DNA of 32,000 nucleotides from Planctomycetales bacterium. Lineage in GTDB: Bacteria > 4484-113 > JAFGCY01. The notes beneath the pieces are model-generated. The model did not search any database. It saw only the letters and a program-made list of their open reading frames with translations, and had not been told where the DNA came from. This document shows, piece by piece, positions 6,500 to 13,145 of the stretch; positions within the stretch are counted from its first letter, which is position 1; the number at the start of each line of letters is the position of its first letter. Made by a program: the position numbers and the translations under genes. Location of the stretch: positions 1,290,001-1,322,000 of the forward strand of contig CP060262.1 in assembly GCA_022646745.1 (NCBI GenBank), written 5' to 3'.

Positions 6500-7954
6500 C
6501 TATGTGGTCTCCACCAGATTTGCATCTGAATCACTCTTGCCCGCATCGACCATGAAGGCTGACATCAGCATGAACAATGACAATGGCACAAGCATGAAAA
6601 CGATGATCGCGTAATTATTGTCGGAATAGCTCCCGGTGTTCAATGCGACGGTTAACTGCGGGAATGGATGGATCAGAACTGAGCTGACTGCATACTGAAA
6701 AGGGGTGCCGAATTCCGTCCAACTCGTGTTGCCGCTCCAAGGTGAAAAGGGAGCATCCGGAAACCGCAGGAAAATTACCAGGCAGGTTATCAGCGAAAAT
6801 GCTGCCCCGGTTGGTGCAAGCATCTTGTGCAAACCAGCCTTGACTGATCTGGAAGCATCTTTCGTGCCATGCAGTATCACGCTTGCAAATGTAAGCAGCA
6901 GCATGATGATCGTTGTCAGGACAGTGAAGTTACCGGTCACATCAATATATGGCTCGGTCAGCCAGGTCTTCCTGATTTCCATATCCGGACGCAGGTGGGC
7001 CTTGTCAATGCCAAAGGATTCCCGCTTTTTTGAATACGCATTGATGAGACTATGCCCAACCTGAACATCCGAAGCGATGCCATCGAGGATAGCCCAGCCC
7101 TCTTCAAGGTTGACCCGCTGGGGGTCCATCCCATTGTCAAGAATCTCCTGCAGCACCTTCTGGCTCAGCTTGGACTTGCTCTGGAAATGAACAACAGCTC
7201 CAGGCCCCGTGAAGTAAGCAGCCAGCGCAAACATTGCCAGTCCGGAGGATACCAACCAGAGGCGCGACCTATTCATCAAGAGAAGAAGTATTGCAACGAT
7301 GCCTGCCGAAATGGCAAAAAACTCGGATGTCAGTGGAAGCTGATGTGCAAGGTTTGTCCTCAGCTGACTCGTGTTCTCAGCTGTCAGGAAATTGCGGAAC
7401 ATCACTGCCTGCACAATGGAAATCCAGAGGGAAAGCTGGATGGCTCTGGCTGCCATAACTCCGATGCCAATCCTGCTGGATCTCTTAAGTATGGCAACCA
7501 GCTGGCAAATGACGCCGATTCTGCCCGCCTGGCACAAAAGCCATGCAAGGAGAATTGCCGCGAACACAATTGGACTGGACTCTTCAGAGGAGAAGTACCT
7601 GCCGAATCTTTCTCCTGGAATATACGGAAACAAAGCTGCGGTTCTTTCGAGATACTGCCATGCCGCTGTGCCTCCTGCCAGCAGCACGATCCAGAAGCCC
7701 AGCCACATCCATTCGCGCAATTCAGCTGGAGTAGGCCAGCGCAGCAGTGTCGTTGTCAGCTGGTCGGCCACATGGGCGGAAGAGATCTTCTTTCGTACCT
7801 GCGGTTCCGCCAGCTTCGCCTCGGCGGCTCTGGCAGCGTCGCTGCCCTCATCCGCCTGCAGGCAGTCCAGGTGGTCTGACAGTTCGCTGGCAATCTCGGA
7901 ATGCCGCTGCGGCGACAGCCCCCAGTCATCAGGATGTCCGAAGCGTGTATCCAC
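6500..7954 (-). CDS. multi-pass membrane protein with a PadR-associated N-terminal helical domain (paralog A)
   Basis: 484 aa. GTG start lies 3 nt after the padR stop. N-terminus reads MDTRFGHPDDWGLSPQRHSEIASELSDHLDCLQADEGSDAARAAEAKLAEP. Confidence 0.75.
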   Translation of the reverse strand: MDTRFGHPDDWGLSPQRHSEIASELSDHLDCLQADEGSDAARAAEAKLAEPQVRKKISSAHVADQLTTTLLRWPTPAELREWMWLGFWIVLLAGGTAAWQYLERTAALFPYIPGERFGRYFSSEESSPIVFAAILLAWLLCQAGRIGVICQLVAILKRSSRIGIGVMAARAIQLSLWISIVQAVMFRNFLTAENTSQLRTNLAHQLPLTSEFFAISAGIVAILLLLMNRSRLWLVSSGLAMFALAAYFTGPGAVVHFQSKSKLSQKVLQEILDNGMDPQRVNLEEGWAILDGIASDVQVGHSLINAYSKKRESFGIDKAHLRPDMEIRKTWLTEPYIDVTGNFTVLTTIIMLLLTFASVILHGTKDASRSVKAGLHKMLAPTGAAFSLITCLVIFLRFPDAPFSPWSGNTSWTEFGTPFQYAVSSVLIHPFPQLTVALNTGSYSDNNYAIIVFMLVPLSLFMLMSAFMVDAGKSDSDANLVETT

Positions 7955-7957
7955 GGC

Positions 7958-8308
7958 TCAGCTCCCGGCGCTGCCAGGTTCGAGGTCCGCGCCGATCGCC
8001 TTCAGCGCGCCCTGGGCCTGCTTCGTGAACTGCACGCGGCCCTTCTCCCAGCGGCCCTGGCCCTTCTTCGTGAGCCGGTAGACCTTGCGCGGGCGGCCGT
8101 TGTCAGCCTCGATCCACTTGCAGGACAGCAGGCCCTCCTGCTCCATGCGGTGCAGCACCGGGTAGAGCGACTCCGGCCGCACCGTCAGGTCGCCCCCGCT
8201 CCTTTCCTGGATCCCCTTGGCGATCCCGTAGCCATAGCCCTCCCCCCTGGAGAGTTCGTTGAGGATGAGCAAACGCAGCATCCCGGCCATGTACTCCTGC
8301 TGAGCCAT
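7958..8308 (-). CDS. padR: PadR family transcriptional regulator
   Basis: Sequence LLILNELSRGEGYGYGIAKGIQERSGG...SLYPVLHRMEQEGLLSCKW...GRPRKVYRLTKKG is a winged-HTH signature. Start set at ATG 8306-8308, which has AAGGAGG 5 nt upstream. Confidence 0.9.
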   Translation of the reverse strand: MAQQEYMAGMLRLLILNELSRGEGYGYGIAKGIQERSGGDLTVRPESLYPVLHRMEQEGLLSCKWIEADNGRPRKVYRLTKKGQGRWEKGRVQFTKQAQGALKAIGADLEPGSAGS

Positions 8309-8322
8309 GACAGCCTCCTTCA

Positions 8323-8343
8323 TATACTACGATATGTAGTATA
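8323..8343. promoter_or_regulatory. candidate PadR operator (TATACTAC-gatat-GTAGTATA)
   Basis: Perfect 8-bp inverted repeat located 15-35 nt upstream of the padR start. Confidence 0.55.
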
Positions 8344-8482
8344 ACAGGAAAATGGGGGAAGTGAAGAAGTCTGGGTAGTTTTAACAGTCTGGAAAATTGG
8401 GGAAGGGAAGAAGTGGTTAGTGGGAGAAGTGGAAACAGATTTGATAGAGCGAAGAGTCGGGAAGTTCTGGAAGATGAAAATG

Positions 8483-8518
8483 GATAGCAGCGATGGAAAT
8501 CAATCCACCACTGCTATC
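8483..8518 (-). terminator. possible terminator hairpin after the cohesin/dockerin gene
   Basis: An 8-bp stem (gatagcag/ctgctatc) with a 20-nt loop. The downstream tract on the minus strand is only moderately U-rich. Confidence 0.3.
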
Positions 8519-8547
8519 TATACTATTCAAACTATTCGGACTTTCCC

Positions 8548-10200
8548 TTACGGTCCCGGGAAGGCCTTGGCCACCACGTAGATGTGGTTGCTTTCCACTC
8601 CATCGCCGTTCTTGGCGTAGACATAGCCGCTTGTGAGCGTCGGGTGGAAACGTGCGGTACCCGCCGGCGTCCAGCTGTTGATGATGTAGTTCGGCGGCGG
8701 GATGTCGGCATGCCAGGTCAGGGTGTTCACGTCAACTGCCGTGCCGCTGCCGTCCGGCAGGGTGTTGGCAACGAAACTGAACTCGATGGAGCCATCCGAG
8801 TTGAAGCTCACATTGCGCACCTTGAAGGCCGTCTCCGGTGTCAGGCCGTCACCCTCCACAGTGGCCCAGTCCGTATCGGCCGGGTCCGGTATGATGTACA
8901 GCAGTTCCACCACCTCAGGCACGTAGATGAAGTGGAGGCTGTTCTGGGTGTCAACGCCGGCCGCCACTCCGTCCAGTGAAAACTGCGTGTCCGTGAACGC
9001 AGCGTTGAACTGCACCTCGCCCGTCGCCTGGTCAATGCTCTGGGTGGCCCCGGCATCACTGGCGCGGATCTCCACCCCGGCGTCTCCGGTGACGTCGATG
9101 CCGTCGTCGGTGATCCTGAACGTGAAGCTGTTGCCGATTATCGTGTCCGTCAGCACATAGGGGTCAGCCAGCGTGCCGCTGCCCTGCGAGGGCTTGTCAA
9201 GGAAGTCCAGCACGATGAAGGGCGGGTTGTCAATGACCTCAGGCACGAACACCGGCTCCGGCGAAAAGCCGAGGTTGCCACTACCGTCATCAAGCCGCGG
9301 GTAGTAGCCGTTGCCGGGCAGCGGGTTCCCCGGGGAATAGCTGAAGCTGAGGCGGTCCTTGCTCTTGTCGCCGCTTGCGCTGGAGATTGCGAGGTTGTCA
9401 ATGTCCGAATGCACGGCGCTGACGATCTCGAACACGTGGTAGCCGCCGCTGCCGGCATTGCCGAAGTTGACGCCGATCGGGGTGATGTCCGACAGGTTGA
9501 TCACACCGTTGCCATCGCCGTCCACCACGCTCTCGACCTTCCCGATCGGGAAGCCGCCGGTCTGGCTCTTGTTGAAATGCTGCGCCAGCGGGGTCAGGTC
9601 GGCGACGTTCACCTCGCCGTTCTGGTCGTAGTCCGCCGGGTTGTTGTACAGCCAGCTCAGCAGCTTGGGGTCATTGTCCCAGGTCAGCTGCAGCGGCGTT
9701 GCCTTGGCGCTGTCATTCACCTTGGAAGCGATGCGCGCCTGCGGCTCCAGCCGGAAGCGCAGCAGCGCCAGCTCGCCGGATCCACTGAAGCCGTTCTGCT
9801 CATCGGGATGCACCAGCACCTGGCCGGCCTGCAGCTGTCCCATTGCGGTGGGCTGCATCAATGACAGCGTGTCATCTTCGTTGCCAAAGGCAGTCGTGGG
9901 AGCTGCATCAAGCGGATTCAGCTGTGCACCGTCGAAGTCCAGCTCGTAGTACAGCGCGGTCAGGTGATTGGCCCGGTTGGCGCGCACACTGACAATCAGC
10001 TCATCGCCCTGCCGGCGGCTGCTGATCCCGAAGGAATCCGCGGAGGCCGCGCCGATGAAGCTTTCATCCATCACGCGCAGGCTGAGGCTGGCCGTGATGT
10101 CACGGTTCCCGTCCGTGCTGAACTGCTTCATCGTGTTGCCGCAGGCGCAGGCGAACAGCGCGAGTAGCAGGGACAGGCCGGTGGCGAAGCGAATCCACAT
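8548..10200 (-). CDS. secreted protein with a cohesin-like module and dockerin-like Ca-binding repeats
   Basis: Start set at ATG 10198-10200, giving the signal peptide MWIRFATGLSLLLALFACAC. The cohesin-like region reads LTALYYELDFDGAQLNPLD...GELALLRFRLE. The dockerin-like repeats are DYDQNGEVNVADLTPL and DGDGNGVINLSDITPI. Confidence 0.7.
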   Translation of the reverse strand: MWIRFATGLSLLLALFACACGNTMKQFSTDGNRDITASLSLRVMDESFIGAASADSFGISSRRQGDELIVSVRANRANHLTALYYELDFDGAQLNPLDAAPTTAFGNEDDTLSLMQPTAMGQLQAGQVLVHPDEQNGFSGSGELALLRFRLEPQARIASKVNDSAKATPLQLTWDNDPKLLSWLYNNPADYDQNGEVNVADLTPLAQHFNKSQTGGFPIGKVESVVDGDGNGVINLSDITPIGVNFGNAGSGGYHVFEIVSAVHSDIDNLAISSASGDKSKDRLSFSYSPGNPLPGNGYYPRLDDGSGNLGFSPEPVFVPEVIDNPPFIVLDFLDKPSQGSGTLADPYVLTDTIIGNSFTFRITDDGIDVTGDAGVEIRASDAGATQSIDQATGEVQFNAAFTDTQFSLDGVAAGVDTQNSLHFIYVPEVVELLYIIPDPADTDWATVEGDGLTPETAFKVRNVSFNSDGSIEFSFVANTLPDGSGTAVDVNTLTWHADIPPPNYIINSWTPAGTARFHPTLTSGYVYAKNGDGVESNHIYVVAKAFPGP

Positions 10201-10374
10201 GTGGACCCCCATTGGCGATATGCCGTACATATAGATGTTATGGCAGCCGGGGTGAAAGGTCAATGCACAGTGGGCGGAGGAAGCAGAGAGCTGCAAGCAG
10301 ACACGGCCTGCGAATATCATGGTCTGCTTTCAGCTATCTGATTTCTGCATGCCCTGCATGGCATAATCACTGCC

Positions 10375-11808
10375 GTGGGCGCAAAGCTTAGCCAGGAACA
10401 GCAACTGGAGGAACTCACGGCGCAGGAAGCCAAACTGCGCGCTTCCGGCAGTCCGCCGGATCCAGAGAAGCGCATGATGCGCGCTGGCATCCTGGTCAGG
10501 CTCGGCCGCTACGATGAGGCACACAACGCGCTCGATTCGGCCGCTGCCGCCTGTACGGAGCTGGGCATCCCTGAGCTGGCCCGCATCATGAACATCCGCG
10601 CTGATGTGCTGCGCCTGCAGGGGCTGTACTCGGAAGCCCTGGCAAGCATCCAGGCTGCGGAACAGCGCTCGCTGGCAGATGAGCACTTCTTCCCCGGTAT
10701 CTACAACACCTGGGCGAACATCCTTGCTGACCTGGGCCGTCCCGGACAGGCCCTGAAGCTGATCCAGCGCGCCGGGGACTATTTTGCGGGCGAGGGCATT
10801 GCCTTCCCGCCACCGTTGGCCACGAATCGTGGCAACATGCTCAAGTCCCTGGGCCGCTACCATGAAGCGCTTGAGGCATATGACCATGCCCGCCGCCTGT
10901 ACGAGGAACAGGACAAGCCTGTGTTCCCAGGCATCTATTCCATGATCGGCCTGACCCTGATCCTGCAGGAGAAGTACGCAGAGGCCCTGTTGCCGCTGGA
11001 TGAATCGGAACGCTTCTGCCATGAGCAGGGCTGGGCACCGTGGTTCGGCATCGACATGTACCGTGGTGTGTGTTTCGGCAAGCTGAAGCGGTACGGGGAT
11101 GCCATGGCGGCTTATTCCCGTGCCCAGGCGATCCTTGATGAACAGCGGGTGATCGGGGAGTGGGAACTTAATTTCAGCCGGGCAATCACGATGTACGAGG
11201 CCGGACATGCAAGCGAGGCCATAGCGGAGGTTTACGAGGCCATCGCCCTCTGCGCCAAACTGGGCGTGGACCAGCCGGCGTTCATGATGGAGACCCTGCA
11301 GGACTGGTTGTCACCGCAGCCGGAGAAGCTGGCAGCGCAGCAGCAGGCCAGCCAGCCCGCTCCAATAGAGCCGGTGCCCGACAGCGAGAAGCGCTACGAT
11401 GCATTCCTGAGCTACCGCCGCGATCCCGGCCTGCCCTATTCAATGCTGATCAAGACGCACCTGGACATGAATGGGCGCAGCATCTTCCGCGACCAGGAGG
11501 ACCTGCATAAGGGCCAGTTCCACGAGGACATCATCGATGCCATCCGCCACAGCCGGCACATGATCGTGCTGATGACGCCGGGTTTCTTCGAGCGCTGCAG
11601 CAATCCCGAAGACGTGCTTCGCAATGAGATCTCCACCGCGCTGCGCTGCGGCACGCACATCATCCCGCTGATGATGGAGGGGTTCAGCTGGCCGCAGCCA
11701 GCTGATTTGCCGGCGGATATCCGCGACATCTGCAAGGTGAATGCGATGTCCTATTCCAGCGAGTTCTTCAGCGCCTTCATTGACAAACTGCTGCGCTGGA
11801 TGGGCTGA
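10375..11808 (+). CDS. TPR-repeat protein with a C-terminal TIR domain
   Basis: About 300 aa of TPR-like repeats (e.g. LGRYDEAHNALDSA, LGRYHEALEAYDHA, LKRYGDAMAAYSRA), then a Q/P-rich linker. The TIR region reads YDAFLSYRRDPG...HMIVLMTPGFFERCSNPEDVLRNEISTAL. The GTG start at 10375 is uncertain. Confidence 0.8.
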   Translation: MGAKLSQEQQLEELTAQEAKLRASGSPPDPEKRMMRAGILVRLGRYDEAHNALDSAAAACTELGIPELARIMNIRADVLRLQGLYSEALASIQAAEQRSLADEHFFPGIYNTWANILADLGRPGQALKLIQRAGDYFAGEGIAFPPPLATNRGNMLKSLGRYHEALEAYDHARRLYEEQDKPVFPGIYSMIGLTLILQEKYAEALLPLDESERFCHEQGWAPWFGIDMYRGVCFGKLKRYGDAMAAYSRAQAILDEQRVIGEWELNFSRAITMYEAGHASEAIAEVYEAIALCAKLGVDQPAFMMETLQDWLSPQPEKLAAQQQASQPAPIEPVPDSEKRYDAFLSYRRDPGLPYSMLIKTHLDMNGRSIFRDQEDLHKGQFHEDIIDAIRHSRHMIVLMTPGFFERCSNPEDVLRNEISTALRCGTHIIPLMMEGFSWPQPADLPADIRDICKVNAMSYSSEFFSAFIDKLLRWMG

Positions 11809-11858
11809 CTGCCCGGATTGCCAATCCCAGCTGCAGCCTATCGACCACGGACTACTGA

Positions 11859-13124
11859 CTACTTATTCCCGACCGTTCCGTAACCCACCGTCTGCCAGAC
11901 GCCGTCAGCAAACTTCATGATTACGCGCTGGCCGTTCAGGGTGGTGAACTTCAGCCAGGGCTCGCCGTTCATGGTGCTGATGCTGACCTCGAAGTCGAAG
12001 TCCACATCCGCGCTGAGCGCTTCGCTCCACCAGCTGCTGCCATCCTGGTAGGCGCCCATGATGGTGTCGCCCTCGCGGAATACCAGCGTCAGGCCGTGCT
12101 GACTGTGGAAGGTGGCGAAGCAGCCGAAGTCACGCTCGGCGGCGGCGCTGACCGTCTGGCCCGGGCCATTCTCCGGGCCGACACTCAGGCGGCCCTCCTC
12201 ATTCAGCGCGATATGCGTCACGCTGCCATCGCTCAGCTCAAGCCGGGTCTCGGTGCGGAAGCGGGTGGCATAGCTTTCCACCGGTGCGGCCGGTGCGGCC
12301 TGCTCCTGTGGCGGGGCCGGCTGCTGCTGGGCCTCACGCGGTGGCTGGGGCAGTGAGGCGCCACTGGCCCCGCTGTTGCCATAGTAGTAATAGTTGTTCG
12401 TCACACTGTTGTCATTCACCACCGTGTCCGGCGTGTCGTCATAGCGGCGGTCATTCTGCCGGTCACGGAAGTAGCCCAGCTCGGGGTAGTCCGGTGCGGT
12501 GTAAAGCTGGCCGGTCACCTGCTGCTGGTAAGGGTTCTGGTAACCGAGCCCCATCACCGGATAGCCGTACTGGATCACCAGCGGGTAGCCGCCGGAGTAG
12601 TAGCGGTTGTTGTAGTACGGCGAGGAATAGCCGCAGCCGCAGCCGTCGTAGCAGCCGCCGCGATGCCCGCCGTAGCTGACCTGCGGCAGGCCGAGGTACT
12701 GGCTGTCCGGCAGCACGCGCTCGCTGCCACTTTCCAGCCCGCGCGGGATGAACACGCGGTAGCCACCGCGGTCATTCGGGTGGTCTGATGTCTCGCCGTA
12801 GCCGTAGCTGAAGTCGTTGTAGTAGTCGTTGTGGCGGTTGCGGTGCCGGCCGTTGTACAGCCTGTTGCCATAGTCGGCTCGCAGGTCGCCGTCGCGATAG
12901 CTCAGGGACAGGCCGGGCTGGTAACCGTAGTTGTAGCCATAGTTGTAGTAGTAGGGCGTGCCATACAGGCCGTAGCTGTAGACCTGGCCATTGACGTAGC
13001 CGCGCTCTCCGGAGTCGAAGCGCAGGCGCAGGGAGAAGTCGTCATCCGCATGCGCCGCCGTCGCCAGCAGCGAGCCTGCCAGCAGCGCGCCTGAGCACAT
13101 CATCAGTAAGTTCCTTCCAACCAT
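11859..13124 (-). CDS. secreted Tyr/Gly/Asn-rich low-complexity protein with a globular C-terminal domain
   Basis: Start set at ATG 13122-13124, giving the signal peptide MVGRNLLMMCSGALLAGSLLATAAHA. Repeat-like stretches include YYYNYGYNYGYQPG and NNYYYYGN. A PQ-rich linker precedes an ordinary-composition C-terminus. Confidence 0.65.
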   Translation of the reverse strand: MVGRNLLMMCSGALLAGSLLATAAHADDDFSLRLRFDSGERGYVNGQVYSYGLYGTPYYYNYGYNYGYQPGLSLSYRDGDLRADYGNRLYNGRHRNRHNDYYNDFSYGYGETSDHPNDRGGYRVFIPRGLESGSERVLPDSQYLGLPQVSYGGHRGGCYDGCGCGYSSPYYNNRYYSGGYPLVIQYGYPVMGLGYQNPYQQQVTGQLYTAPDYPELGYFRDRQNDRRYDDTPDTVVNDNSVTNNYYYYGNSGASGASLPQPPREAQQQPAPPQEQAAPAAPVESYATRFRTETRLELSDGSVTHIALNEEGRLSVGPENGPGQTVSAAAERDFGCFATFHSQHGLTLVFREGDTIMGAYQDGSSWWSEALSADVDFDFEVSISTMNGEPWLKFTTLNGQRVIMKFADGVWQTVGYGTVGNK

Positions 13125-13145
13125 GTCCTGCCTCCGGGCACAGCC

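Noticed and set aside
12284-12871. ORFs 12284..12679 (+) and 12575..12871 (-) inside the Tyr/Gly-rich gene
   Set aside because: They are products of the codon periodicity of the low-complexity repeat. The minus-strand 432-aa frame alone has a signal peptide and a continuous globular C-terminus.
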